Assembly (NCBI GenBank): GCA_000708835.1
Contig: DF237131.1
Span: 93,882 to 157,881 of the forward strand
Direction: 5' to 3'
DNA from: Klebsormidium nitens
Lineage: Eukaryota; Plantae; Klebsormidiophyceae
DNA length: 64,000 nucleotides
Part shown: piece by piece, positions 37,124 to 50,572 of the stretch
Numbering within the stretch: position 1 is the stretch's first letter
Layout: each line of letters begins with the position of its first letter
Notes under the pieces: model-generated
What the model was told of the DNA's origin: nothing
The model's database searches: none
The model's input: only the letters and a program-made list of their open reading frames with translations
Made by a program: the position numbers and the translations under genes

Positions 37124-40100
37124 AGTCATATATACCTATCTCAGTCAACATTCCTTTTCATAATAATAGTCAACATGAAATCGAAGTACCTTTACCTATT
37201 TACAAATGATACACTACCTAGTACCTACACAGTACCGGCAGTACCTACTACCATAGCTTACCGTTTTTACTAGGTACGACGGTACGGTAGCTAGGGTACT
37301 TATCACTGGCCGGCAGGGGTCGGTGAATCGCGCGTGGCGAAAGGGCCGGCCGGCCGAACCACAATTAAGCGGGGGCCCGGGGGGTCTGGTATTCTGAAGA
37401 GCCGACTAAAATGAAAAGTACCCGGCTAAAGCGGGCCTTTATTTGGAGGCTGCACTGCGCTGCAGGGTTGAAGCTGGGAAGTACGGTACCAGGGTTGAAG
37501 CTGGGTTAAATTGTTGTCAAGGCGTCATAAGCCGACTGGAACTCGGAGTACCCGGTTTTGAGCTGAGATCTGAGGACTTTCTGCCGACCCCTGGCCAAAA
37601 CTCTCGACAGTATTGCACATTCGGTCAAACCTGGCCGCTTGACCCGAGTCAAACTCTGATCTGCGCGATCGATCGGTCGACGATAACTTATATGATCTAT
37701 GCCGTACGGCGTGGAATCGGTGGATACGGTACCTACTAGGTAGACCAGTATCGAGAATCTTGAAGTTGAGATTTGAATGACAGCAGTGCTGCCAGCGGGC
37801 ATGGAAGTTGTCATGCCGAAAAGTGTATCAAATTCAATCATTGAGAAGCCGGCCCCTCATTTTCGTACATGGTACACCGGGCCCGGGTACTATAGCGCCG
37901 GTCGCCCTAGCTTTCGCAACGCAGGGGGCCCTGCAGGCTGCAGTGTTCACTGTTCCCGCTTCGACACGGAGAATTTTGAATCGGCTTGTGCTACGTCCAA
38001 ATCTTTAATTTAGGTACTAGAAACTACTTAGGTACCTCAAATATGAATTTACGTACCGGCCCAGATGGAATCTTGGTCGGCCGCCCCTCCGTTGAGTCGG
38101 CCGCCCGGTGGCAATCCCGCTGGCTGACGTTTGCCTGGTGTCACGGCTCGTGGTACAGGAGGCTGGGTACGTACAGTACAGTCAGGAGGTACCTACCCAT
38201 GGCGGTTCTCCCGGCGCGCTCCCGCACAGTGCGGGGAGGCCGCCACGCTGGCACCGTTCCGGGCCCGCCCAAACATGCACTACAGTGCTGGCGAGCCTGG
38301 TGACTCGAGGACTCGTGTCGGACCGTCTAGCCATTTTGCAGAGCACCTAGCATGATGATGATATTATATGACTGAGCGCCAAGCATCAGGCCAAATCGAA
38401 TCGAAACAATATGCCAGTGATCTCAGAATGTCGGAGTTTGAGGACCCCGTCAGGACCAACTCATCATTGCGCATCTACGTATCAACCCCAGAACCCCGTA
38501 TGAACTGTATTGAGCGAGTGACAAGGTCAAGCTAACGTACGAACATGCCAGACCTCTTGACATTTCACTTCATTAGTGGCATGTGACTAGATGACTATGC
38601 GACATGAATTTTACTCATTGAACCAAATTGCAGCAATGCGTGAACTTCCCCGCACGGACGAAAATGCTAGCTCGCCCTGATTACAAAACTCTGCTTACCT
38701 TCGCCCATGATATGTTTAGTGCAACTCTCGTGCAACTGGGGTACAACAGTACAACTACTGAGATAAGTGGTAGAAGAACCTCAAAAAGCTCGCGAGCTTT
38801 GTTACTAGTAGCTTACTTCAGAGTCCAGACAATGTTGTCAAAACACTAAAACAAGCTGACCTCCTCAGCCACTGGCGAGCCTTCCTAGAAGCATCCGTTT
38901 TTATGAATCGAAACGAGATGTCCTCGAAAAGGTTCAAGAGCATAGTACCGTACAGACGTTTGACCGTGCCGGAATCGGGCTGCCCAATACTTCGAGTAGT
39001 TACAAGGGTTGAGAGCAGTGGCTGCAGTGAGGCCGCAATTGGTTTGAATAAAATTGAGAAGAGCTGAGCAAGCATGATAAATTGGGGGCATCCATAGCAT
39101 CAAGACTATGTGCCACGGCTGCAACAAGTAAGTCATCAATCATTACATTATGATTCGATCAGCCGTTCTGTCAAGCAAGCCTTTGGTGCTCTTCCAAAGC
39201 CTTCGCATTGATGTTGATAATGTTGAAAATGATCTCTTAGCACCCGGGATCACTAGCTCACTGAGTCGACGTGAGCTTAGGAGCTTGACGTGCATACTGT
39301 GCATCCTGATTGATCATGAGATCTTAGATCACATGTAACAGCCGCAACATGCAAATAAGCAGCGAGTCACCAGAGGTTGACATCCATCCCAGATATCATC
39401 TTGGAGGTGTTTCGGTGAAGTCGGCTAGGCCGGTCAGTAAAAGCTTGATGTTGCAAAGTGAGTCGCCGTACAAAGACAGCCGCCTGAAGCTTGACTAAAA
39501 GATGAGCAGATTGCAAACTTGAACGCGTTGGAATGGCCATTACCACATTGAAGGTGCGCTGCACATATACTCACGTACAGCCTCCGTACAGTGTTCAAGC
39601 GTTCCATATTTAAGTTACTATATTTCTAGCTTGCGGAAGGATGATTGCCGCGTATTCGCACGTGATCGCGAGAGACCCTATAGACGCGGGCCATGGTGTG
39701 GCACATACGTATCAAAATCCATGATGCAGATCGGCTTCGCACGAAGTTCCATTCAGTTTTGGCAGGTGCAGGCGATGCAGCCGTAATGCACAATTGGCAG
39801 CGGGCCACATAGCTATGCCAACCATGGTCCAGGGTTTCGCAACTCTGCATGTGATGATATCAGCGCATGCGCTTGATCGTGCTAGCTAGACACTCGTAAG
39901 TTGCTAGGCTTCAAGAGTTGATTAGGAGACATGCGAGGATCAAGTGGACGTGTAGCCCACAAAGCAAAGATCAGACTGAGAGCCGTACGGCCGCCAGGTG
40001 CCATCAGACTCACGCATCGACATCATAATTTGAATTGTATTGCAAAAAGTTAGACGATGCAGGCCAGCGAGCAGCTTGCCTTAGTACGCGAGCATGTCTA

Positions 40101-40349
40101 TTCAGTCAGACAATTGTCCTACGTTATGTTCTTTCCTGGATTCAGCTCCATTAGGCTACTGAATGCCTCAAGCCGCAAACAACAGGCAGATTGCCTGCTA
40201 AGCTTGCACACTCATGGCAGTGTCACCCGATCGTTCTAGCTACATCAAAACGCGTAATGTTCTTTGTTCGATGAGAATCGAACCCTTCCTTGACGATAGT
40301 GCAACTCTTTGACGGATGAGTGTATACTTAGCTGCAACCGCACCTAGAG

Positions 40350-43300
40350 TTACTGTGCTGCCCCGTCTATACCAAGCGGTGGAGTCCCTCTTGATTTCAG
40401 CACGGCTAGCCTTTCCAAAACGCTGCTCGGCGAGTTCCCATCGGCAACAATGCCGCTTTGAGCCTCTTCCCATCGCCCGGAGACTGCTGGCCCTTTGGAC
40501 AGATCACCCGTTTTCGCCCCTGTCCGTACGTCCGGTTTGTCGGTGACACTTGGCTTCCTCTCCAAAGCCTCCACGGGCGGGATCCACGACAGGAAAGCCG
40601 GTACCGCGTTCAACTGCGGGCTCCCGAACCCTTCCGACACGCGTTCCTCCCGCCGCAGGCTGCCCGTCCGCCGGTGCGGTTCTGGGCTCCCGGCGTCGCT
40701 GCTGCTGTTGCTCTCGAGCAGCATACGGGGCCGGCCGCCCCCCCCGCCCAACCGTGGCACAATTCCCTTGCCCCTACCCGCCGGTTTCTCGTCCGAGAAT
40801 TCAGCCGAGCTCGAAGTTTCTGTCAACAGCGCCGTCCGCTGCCGGAGGATCTCCAGTCGTTTCCGGACGCCCGGGGAGCTCGGGCTGACGTTCGTTGCCC
40901 TGGGCGATCCGGACGTTCCCTTCCCAGACACTTCATCCACTTTAGTGTGCGCTTCGGACGCGACCCCCGGCACTTCCAACCGGGGCAATTCCCGTGCGAA
41001 CGCCTTCTGTGTGTCGCTGAGAAGTTCGTTTGACGGCGACCGTAGAAAGCCCGGCGGCCCCCCTGGGGCGTCATTAGAGGGCGACCTCGCGACTTCCGGG
41101 CTCAATCGGAGCGGGTCGGTGCCCGGAGAAGCTCCCCCGGGGGACGTCTTATACCTGGGGGACCTGGCTGCCGGCGAGCTTCCGGCGGACGGCGACTTCT
41201 TGCTGGGCACTTTTGTCTCAAACCAGCGCACCAGGTTCCGGATCGCGCCCCCCCCGCCTTTCGTTTGCGTTGCGGACTCGTCCTGGCTTCCAGCACCCTT
41301 GTCAGACGCCGCGCTGGGCGAGTTTGCCTGCACAGTGTTTCCTCCAGGTGAAGGGATCCCCACAGGCTGGACCCAATCGGAGGGATCCCCGGGGCTTGGG
41401 GTTGGGGATCCCCCGCTTTCCTCGCCCGCAAACCGCTGCCGCAAAACGGCCAGCCGGTCGAACACGCTGTTCGACAGCTCTTCCGCGTTTCTTGCGGTGC
41501 CGCCGGGTGACGTCGTGGGCGAAACCGGTGCGGACCTCCGGGCGCTTTCGTACGAGTTTGCGCTCGGAGCCGGACCCAAAGTCCGGGCCGTCGAGGGCCG
41601 TTTCGCCTGTTCTTCTCTTCGCGACGGCCGTGGCGCCGCCGAAGGTTCGGGAACCGACCGCTTCGAAGCTTGGGAATGGGTGGGGCTCCTTCCTTCAACC
41701 GCCGCTGGCCGACCGGCTTCTGACTTCGCTACTTTGGTTGAATTTGGTTGGACGCCCTCCTCTGAGCTCGTAGGCAATCGTGACAGCCCGAACGTCCTGC
41801 TCAGGTTTGCAGCAACGTCGTTGCTCAGCCGCACTCCGTCCCGTCCGCTCGAGCTCCCGGTCGGGCTCCCCTTCGAACCGTTACCGCTGCCCCTAATATC
41901 GTTGCCGCTGTCTGCCGGGCTCCTGTTCGAACCGTTCAATGGTGGCGCAGGGGGCTTGTCAAGTGTCTGCAGGCTGCTTCGGGGTTGGGGACTAGGATTG
42001 GGAAGCGCAGGGCTGGCAGGTGCGGTGCTCATCTGGGCGATTTGGTCTTCAAGCGCGGCGTTTGCGGCCGCGAGGCGAGCAAGCTCTCGCCACATCCCGT
42101 CGCCTGCAGAACGTGGGGGGGCGGAGTCAGCCCTCGGTGTCAACGTTTTGCTGCACAATAGGAGCTTGAGAGAGGACCGCAAAAAGAAGCGTAGACTCCG
42201 GCTTTCGTAAAGTAAGAACTCCTTGAGGCTCAATTCGTCCTCCCCAGTTCAGACTGGTTAAGGATACAGCCGAAACAACAAGCAAACCCAAGTATTGGTC
42301 GCTACGGTCCAGCTCAATTCAGCCAAGCTTTTCAGCCGGCTTCTCCGTTTCAATCAGAAGGGGAACCGAGTCACACCCCGTTTGGCAGACTGCGCGAGAT
42401 TGGAGGGGACAAGAACCCCAGGGCAGCGCTTGTTTTCCGATGCATCATATTCCAAACCCAATCTGGCCTCGACAACGAGCTGCAGGCAATCCCTCTACAT
42501 TCCATGGTGTATAGCCATTTCTCCACTACACGCCACAGCACTTTCGCAGAGGAGAAGCCTCACCGAAGTGTGACTGCTCCGTGATCAACTTTCAAAGGGC
42601 ACACAAACAAGGCCAGTGTGAGAGAGGGGCACACGCGCCCTTGTGAAAAGGGGCCACACAAGCCCAGTGGCCCTTCGCACCTGTTTTGTCCACCTCCTCT
42701 AGTTTCTGCAGCCGCCTCTTCAGCATCCGCCGCGCATGCTCCGCCTCCCCGGCCCGCTGCTCCGCAAATTTGACCCCCGCAACTGCCGCCTCCGCCTCCG
42801 TCCTGGCTTCCTCCAGCCGCACCAATAGATCCTGCAAAAAGTAGTCTCTTTGTTAGTATTGCGACAATGAGACAAACTCACAGGGACAGGTAGGGATCAG
42901 TGTGGGGTTTCACGGTGGGCATGGGGGCGGAGCAACCTCTTTCGAGTTTAAAACTTGAGAATTAGCTTCGTCTCCAAAATATCCGCGAGTTTGACCCTCG
43001 CAACAGCCGCCTCGGCCTACGTCCTGGCCTCTTCCAGCCGTGCCAACAGATCCTGCAAGGGTCCGAGCACGCATAGGATCACCTAAGTAAAGCGGGTCAG
43101 CAAGTTCTCGGATGTTGTCATTAGTTTCGGAGAGCGTTGTTGGTAGGTACGTCTCCTTGCTAACATGGCATACGTTTTGCCAGTGGATCGTCGCCCGCCC
43201 CGTGCCTTTTGTGTGCACGGGCTTCAAAGGATATGCCCATTGAACTCAAAAAGATCGGACAGACGTGCTTTGGCTGCCACGCTTTCTCTGTCTGGCGATT

Positions 43301-46300
43301 TTCTGCGCCACTTTCGGGGAATTTGATCAGTCGAAGCGATCTAACAATAGAAGAGATGATTACAGGCGGCTTTCCATAGCAGCTTTGCACTGGTTTGCGC
43401 CTGCTTATTTTGGGGTAAAGAGCAGCAAAAAGGCAGTCAAATTCTAGGGAGAAGACACCGTTTCTGCATTGTTTAGGGATTGAGCCTGTCAGCACCTTCA
43501 ATGGGTTTGCCGGATCGCCCCGAACTTCGGAGAATCCAAGAAGAGACTATCCAGGAAGCGACTTTGGAATCTGAGATCGGACCCTCCGCAAGGAGAGACA
43601 TCGACACTCAACCGGAAGATGAGAGGTCCCACCTTTGCCTCCGGCGCACACATATCTTCATCGGACGTTTTTGCCGGAGTTTTTGCCAAAAGTATTGAAC
43701 AGGTTTTCGGGAATAATCTGAATAATCCCGATTCTTCCCCTCACCTGAAACGCTTCCTCCATCACCCCCAGCTTCGCCGCCTTGCCCTCAAGCTCCTTCG
43801 TCAGCTCCCCCTCCTTCTCGCGCCACGCCCCGAGCACTTCCCGCTCCGCGCTCCGGTACTGCTCCGTCTGTTGGCGCAACCGCCCTTCCATCTCGTCTTC
43901 CTTCCTTTCCAGTCGGTCGTACAGCTCCCGGATCTCGCGCTTCAGCGCCAGCCGCTCCTTGGTTGCCGGCGTGACGGCCAGGCTCCCGGACGAACCGTCT
44001 AGAGGTTCCCGCCTGGGCACGACGGCTGGGGAGACCTCTAGAGAGTTCCCGCCGAGGTTTGCGCCCCGCAGTGCGTTCTTCATCGCGCTCAAGAGGCTCC
44101 CGTCGATGCTGCGAGACAGACTGCCCGTGGGACTGTTGGCCGGAGTCTTCACGGGCGTGACCTCCAGATTCTCCCCGCTCTCGTTCTCCTTCAGGAGCCC
44201 GTCCTTGACCGGCGTCTCCTCTGCTTCCTCCAGCTGGCCAGCGAGGACCCTTAGAATCTCCTGCAACCCCCTCACCTCCGCCTCCTTAGCCCGCAACTCT
44301 CTAGACTTCCCCACCAACATCGCCTCGAGCTCCGCGACCCTCCCAAACCCCTCGCTAACCCCTCCCGAAACCACTCCTGACCCCTCCCTAACCCCCTCAG
44401 TAACCTCCTCAGCCCCCGCGTCGTCCAACCGGCTCCTCTTCCGTTTCGTCGGCGACGTCCCGCTCGCGCCTGAAGGTGCCACGTCAGCGCCCACGTGACC
44501 CAATTGCGTCTGGAGGCTGCGGCAGGCACGTGCCAGTTGCTCGGCCCGGCGGTTGGCGCCGTCGAGCTCGCGCCGCAGGCGGGTCACCTCGGTGTCTCGG
44601 GCGTGCACCGAGGCCACCGCTTCCTCGCTCTGAAGCGCGGCCTGGTGGAGCAAAAACCAAAACCATGTTAGTTTCATTCGTCTCGAGATCCTATTGAAGT
44701 CTTCTCTCGGCAATCTGCTTATGATTGTATTGAGAGTAATTGGCGGGCAAGAACAGTTGCCAAGAAGGATGCAGATTGCAATGAATCATAATTTTCTAGT
44801 ACTGCAACTTTCTGAGATCCTGGCAAGGAGAATGAGAAGAAAGTTGCAGCAGAGAAGAGCTGATGGCAGGTCGTTCGAGGGGCCTCTGCCTTAATCCTGC
44901 CAGAACAAACTCGATTTCAATAGGACAAGAAGGGCGAAACATAGGTAACAAATTGGCGAACAGCAGCAAATCGCTGCAGGAAACTCTCAAATTTCCCGGA
45001 TCCTGCGATTTGCCAGGCCGCCACCTGCTCTTTAAGGTCACCCACCGGAACATTCACGAGTCTTGGAAGTGACGGGATACACAGCGCATAGAAGAACGTC
45101 GCCTTCAGACATAGCTACTCGACCACTTCTATCTGTTCCTTAAGCTCGCCGCCCTCTTTGTGCAAGTACTCCGTCCTCAGCGCTTTGTCGAAGGGGACCA
45201 GTTTTACACAGAAAGAGGGAGACCAGGATAAGTAAACAGGTTTTCTAGTCCCTGGAGTCGGCCTGCTCCCCACCTGTTCCTTGAGCTCGCCCACTTTCTT
45301 TCGCAGGAACTCCGTCCTCAGCTGCAGCTTCTCGCGCTCCTCACGCGCCGACTGCAGCTCCGCCGCCAGCGCCGCCGTCTCCTCGGACGCTTCCCTCCTG
45401 AGCGTCCGAATCTCCTCTTCCTTCTGCAACGCGTCCGACATCGTCCGGCTCAGCAGCTGTTCCTTCTCGTGAAGCATGCCCACGAAGTCCTCTCCCGACG
45501 GGCCCTCGATCTCCAGGCTCCGCCGGCGCTCGAAGCTCCGCCGCCGCTCTTGGCTTCCTTCCCCGTCGCTCTGGCCCTGGAGAACCGCTAGAGAATATCG
45601 TTCACGCTCTTGGCGTCCCTGCCCGTTGTTCCGCCCCTGATGCACCCCTAGAAGTTCTCGTTTCTCGCCCTCGAGCGCCTCCTTCTCCGCGGCGCTCCGC
45701 TCCAGCGCAGCTTCGGACTCCCGGACCCGTGTCTCGAGAGCGACGATCTGAGCGGACAGCTCGGCCTCCTTATCGGCGACCGTGGCGTGCAGCTTCGCTT
45801 CCGCTTCCTCCGCAAGCTTCTGGATCTGCGCTTTGACTGCCGCGACGTTTGCTTCCCTTTCTTTCAACTCTACCAGAACCGTCTCCTGTTGCGCCGTCAG
45901 GTGCCTGACCTTCTCCTCACTGGCTTCGAGCGCTTTCCGCAAATCCCCCTTCTCGCCATCTAGAACCCCCACTCGGGCCGTCGCCACGGCCAATGCTGCA
46001 GTCACTTCTGCCGCGCGTGCCTCGTGCGATTTGGCTTTCTCGCTCGTAGCCCTCAAACTCTCCTCCCGATTTTTGGCCGTTTGAAGCTCACTTTGCAGCG
46101 AAACCACCTGAGCCTTGAGCGACTTAACCAACTGATTACTGACTGCCAGCTGCGACTTGGTGCTCTCGCTCTCCTCTTGCAGGGTAACGCTGACCCGGGT
46201 CCGCTCGTCGACCAGCTTCTCGAGCCCGGCAATGATTGCATTCTGCGCCCTGTTCTGCTCTTCCAGCGCAGTAACTCGCGCGGTCTGCTCCTTAACCTGG

Positions 46301-49300
46301 TTATCTAGGGCAGTCTTCTCGTCTCCGGCCAGGTTTACCCTCTCCTCTAGTTGCGCCCTCAACTTCTCGAGCTCGGCATCCTTCCTCGCGACCTCTTCCT
46401 TGAGCTCCGCTGCCTCGAACTGCGCCTTCTCCACCGCAAGACCCAGCTTCTTAACCTCTTTCCCCTTTGCTTTCGCATACGTCTCGCGGTCCTTGATGTG
46501 CTCCATGATCGTGCTCTGCTGCGCGATCGCGTCCTTCACCCACTGCTGCCGCTCCTTCACGTAACCCTCCTTAACCCCCCTCAGCTGCTCCTCTAACCCG
46601 CGGATAACCCCCTCGTTAACCCGGATCGCCTCCTGCGCCGCCTGGAGCCGTTCCTGGAGCTTTACCGAAGACTGCCGCCGCGCCATCCGCTCGTCCAAAT
46701 GTTTTTCCTCTTCCTTCTTCCCGGCAAGGCCTTGTTTCACCTCGCCAAGCAGGTTTGTGGCTGTCTGGAGGTCCATCTCGGCGTCTGACAAGGCCAGCCG
46801 TAAGTGGTCCCGCTCCGACGTCAGCTTCTCGACTTCGGAGACTCTGGTCGTGGCCTCCTGGCGCGCAGTCTCGGCATCGCGCTCGGCGGCGCGGCAGGCC
46901 GCCTCTAGTTTCTGTGGAGCAGGCAAGATGCAGGTCAGGGACTCATCATGCTTGTTCTGCATTGCATTGCCTGACTCGTCAATGGATTTTGTGCTTCTAA
47001 GCGAGTGCTAAACTGCCTGACTGATTTTTCTGTGTGGCTTCCGCAAAAGTTTGTGACGTGCAAAACTTGGGGTCTCCCGGTGAAAGACGTTTGATCGGAA
47101 GGACTCTGGTCACTTCAATGCCAGCCAAAAGCTGGTTGTCATCAGCAGGGAGGACAAGAAACACAAAAAGAAAGCCAGCTCCAAGGCCTTGGTTGCGCTG
47201 CGCCATTTACGCGAGGCACGCTATCAAATTGCACCTGATTGTACCACTTGTGACAGCACTCCTAACACACGGCCTCTAAGAAAATAAGCTTTTCTTCCAA
47301 ACAGTGCACGAGAGATCTCACCCAAAATCTTTGCTGAAGACTTCTCTGTTGATGAGGAACTAAGGTCCCTCTACTGCAGTGAGTGCGACTGTGCATGTTC
47401 TGACCATGCAAAACGTCACCAGTGAGAACCAGAATCTAGATTAGCTCTGCAAACGCCCATAGTTAGATGAGGTACTCCACACGAGGTAAGTCACGATGTT
47501 TACAACTCACAGCCAGAGTTGAGGCACTAGCCTCATGGGGTCACATCACAACAGTCATTAATGAGACGAAAAGCCCCCAACAGGCTCCCCTTTTGCATCT
47601 TCAACGTTCAAAAGAGACCAGTCCATCTTCAGCATGGTCATCTATTGTTCTCAAGATAGTTCCCTGAACGACCCCTTCAGTCGCCATTGGAGGACCCCCC
47701 ATCATCAATCCTCGTTCAGATTCAGTAGAGGGAGGTGGCTAGACCGAAGGGGGGTAATCAATGGCCAACAGTACCCAAAAGGCAGCCCCTCTTCGCTGCT
47801 CTCCCTCACCTCTTTGCCGCTAGAATGCAGGAAAGCCGTCTGAATTTCTGAAATCCCATATAGCTCCCATAGCCTTAAGATCAGGATCAAGACACAAGGG
47901 GCGAGAGCCATAACCATCAAGTTAAGGAACTGGGAAGGACCGTTTGTGACCAGGCCCACCTTCTGCTCTGCTGTGGATGCCCTCAGCGCGTTCAGCTCTG
48001 CGTCTTTCTCAACCACCAGCTGCCTGAGGCCCTGTCCGACACCGTCCCACTCAGACAGAGTGGCGCTCGCGTGGGCTCGACCCAGCTCAGCCTGCATACA
48101 ACAGGGCCCCGTTCTTCAACCTAGTGCGGTTAAGTCCTTGCTTAGAATGACGGAAAAATTTGTTTGGGAAGTCAGCGGCCGAGCTTGGCTATGTGTCTGG
48201 AGCGGGGGCATTGAGTACGGGGCACTGAGTACAAACACTGTCCAGAAAACGCGCTGTTCCAGGAACTGCTTGTCCGCTGCTTGGATGTGATACAACTTTT
48301 CTGCCTTCAAAAAAGTGGCGTCACAACGGATGAACCTGACTTTTTCAAAGTCTATCCAAGGCCCAACTTTGTCATGGAAAACGATTTTAGAGCATTTTGT
48401 CGAGGATGCTTGCTATGGTGAGTCACTGGTCAAATCTTGGGGGTTCGCCAAAGCTCACAAACTGTCACATCAGATGAAGGTGGGATAGTCACACCCAGGC
48501 TTTACAATCATCACTTGGCAAATCCACATTGGCTTGTCACTCAGGCTGTCCCCAAGGTGTCAAAACGCTTAACCGGCAAGGCATATAACTGCAAACCATA
48601 ATTTTCAAGACCTAAGAGCGTTCGTCTGCAAGAAGAAAGCTGACCTAGACACAGCTACGAAGAAAGGGTGCGTCAACACAAGGCTCTTTATCTTTCTGAG
48701 CATACTTTCCCAGCCTTTCTGGAGAAGCCTACTGACACTACACATGGCATTGAAGCTTTGGTACCCTCTGTGAGTCTCATCAGCACAGATCTACAGAAGC
48801 GCTCATGAGAGACTAAGTAAAAGCAGAGAGGGAGGAGTGCAGCCTGTTGTGTTTCCTCAGTATGGGGGATCTGCTAGCACTTGGCACGACGCCAAAAAGT
48901 AGCGACTACCAATAAGATCAGGATAACCAAAAAACCAATCACTTACTGCTTCAGACCCTTTCAACTCAAAGCAACATGAAACAACAAAAGACCCAAACTA
49001 TTTTTAAGGCTGAACTTTGAGGAACCTGAGGACAGTGTCCATCATGCATTTCAGCAACGTCAGAAGGAACAGGTCTTAGATTTTTTGGGCACACTAGTAA
49101 CTATACCAAGATGCGATAACCTCCCCTCAGTACTGCTCTGTGCTCTCTGTAAAGAGAGTCTGCATTATGATAATAACAGAACGTGCGAAAACTTACACGT
49201 TCGTAACAGCACTCCCACTCTGCACCACATTACAACGCTGCCGAACAATGCTGACTGGTCAGTGCCTCACCTCAAGGATGCAACGTGCAACCTGCTCTCT

Positions 49301-49927
49301 CTGATGGCCGTCCTGTATCCCTAGCCTGTCCACCTTCCTATGTACCCTCGTCACCACGGCCCCCGCCTCCCTCGCCTCTAGAGGACGCTCAACTCCTGTC
49401 TGTCTCTCAAGCTCTCTCAGCTTTGCGAGGTTCTTCTCATATTCTCCTGCTTCAAAGCTGCGCCGGGGCGTTTGCACCTCCAGAAATACGTCGTGGCCGG
49501 AGTCCACACTCGTCGGGCTTTCCACAAAGTAGGTGCTGCGCTTCGTATCAGCAAGGGACTGCACCCCCTGTTCTTTTGCCGTGACGTTGCCGTTTGCGAT
49601 CGCGAAAGTTGGCCGCTGAGAATGTGGTCCACCAGTGGCCGAAACCCTTGCCTCAGGACCGCTCACTTGACCGAGCCCGGGTCTCCTCCCCTGCTCTCTG
49701 GCATTCTGGGGAGGTCCCACCTTTCTGCCAGCCTTTCTGGAAGGAACGTCGCCATCGCTGTCCTCGTCAGTGGTCACCCAAAACTGGTCCAGCTCCGGGT
49801 CATCCAATGCCGGCTTCAGCTCTGAATGCAGGCTCTTCCTCTGGTTGAGATCTGCAGACCCTTTTCGGTCCTTGTGATTCAGGAGGCCCTCATGTGCTGA
49901 AACCGAGGTGCTTTCCATAGCAGCCAT
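40350..49927 (-). CDS. Large (~1,740 aa) coiled-coil protein with Ser/Pro-rich disordered C-terminus; exons 49927-49271, 48091-47960, 46911-45274, 44641-43745, 42831-42681, 42103-40350 (small extra exons possible)
   Basis: Heptad-rich E/K/A/L exons join in frame via GT-AG introns (phases 0, 0, 0, 0, 1). No catalytic motif recognised. Confidence 0.8.
42981..43055 (-). pseudogene. Duplicate of the 5' part of exon 42831-42681, with intact CAG acceptor and an in-frame TAG
   Basis: 60/72 nt identical: DLLARLEEART*AEAAVARVKLAD versus DLLVRLEEARTEAEAAVAGVKFAE; TAG at 43019-43017. Confidence 0.9.
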
Positions 49928-50261
49928 CTCCCTCAGAAAAGGAGGCCCTCAGGACTGAGCTCAACCTTCACGTCCAAACATCATGAACGGTCCCCTTTCA
50001 CGCCCGAGAAGTTTACCCGTCCCCTCAGACAGCAGAGAAAGTGGTATGCCACATGGCAACTTCAGGTAGCTCACGAAAGAAAGATTAACGCATAGGAGAG
50101 CCCCTGCAGTGAGGTAAAAATGTCCGCCCTGTTTAGGTAGCTGCCAACAGCCAGCTGATCGTCATGAGCCATGATGATGGATCAGCTACATGAGCAGATT
50201 TCAATACCGTACCACTCAAGAAAGATAATAGTAAGCCAAGATAATAGTAAGCTCCGACTAA

Positions 50262-50343
50262 CACTAAAAGCCCTAACCTTAAATGAAACACCCGCTCCGC
50301 ACCCGTACCCACCCTAACCACCATACTAACCCTACCCGTCACT
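50262..50343 (-). repeat. Gap-flanking repeat family, copy 2, with telomere-like ccctaa motifs
   Basis: 22-mer at 50293-50314 is the reverse complement of 37047-37068; ccctaacc and ctaaccct motifs nearby. Confidence 0.8.
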
Positions 50344-50572
50344 NNNNNNNNNNNNNNNNNNNNNNNNNNNNNNNNNNNNNNNNNNNNNNNNNNNNNNNNN
50401 NNNNNNNNNNNNNNNNNNNNNNNNNNNNNNNNNNNNNNNNNNNNNNNNNNNNNNNNNNNNNNNNNNNNNNNNNNNNNNNNNNNNNNNNNNNNNNNNNNNN
50501 NNNNNNNNNNNNNNNNNNNNNNNNNNNNNNNNNNNNNNNNNNNNNNNNNNNNGATTCATGAATGTTGTATAA
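50344..50572. other. Assembly gap (229 N)
   Basis: Run of N in the sequence. Confidence 1.

Noticed and set aside
36620-37310. GTAC/TACC-rich low-complexity sequence flanking the 20-N gap
   Set aside because: The motif composition follows the T-A-C-G flow order typical of noisy pyrosequencing read ends at contig edges. It is more likely artefact than a biological repeat (inference; check with long reads).
38650-39600. Possible decayed hAT transposase (AATALNP-like motif in ORF 38885-39139)
   Set aside because: One short motif, multiple stops, and no TIRs or TSD found; insufficient support.
40458-42210. Long + strand ORFs (571 aa, 191 aa and others) opposite the last coiled-coil exon
   Set aside because: Antisense shadows of a GC-rich coding exon; the translation is low-information and has no motifs.
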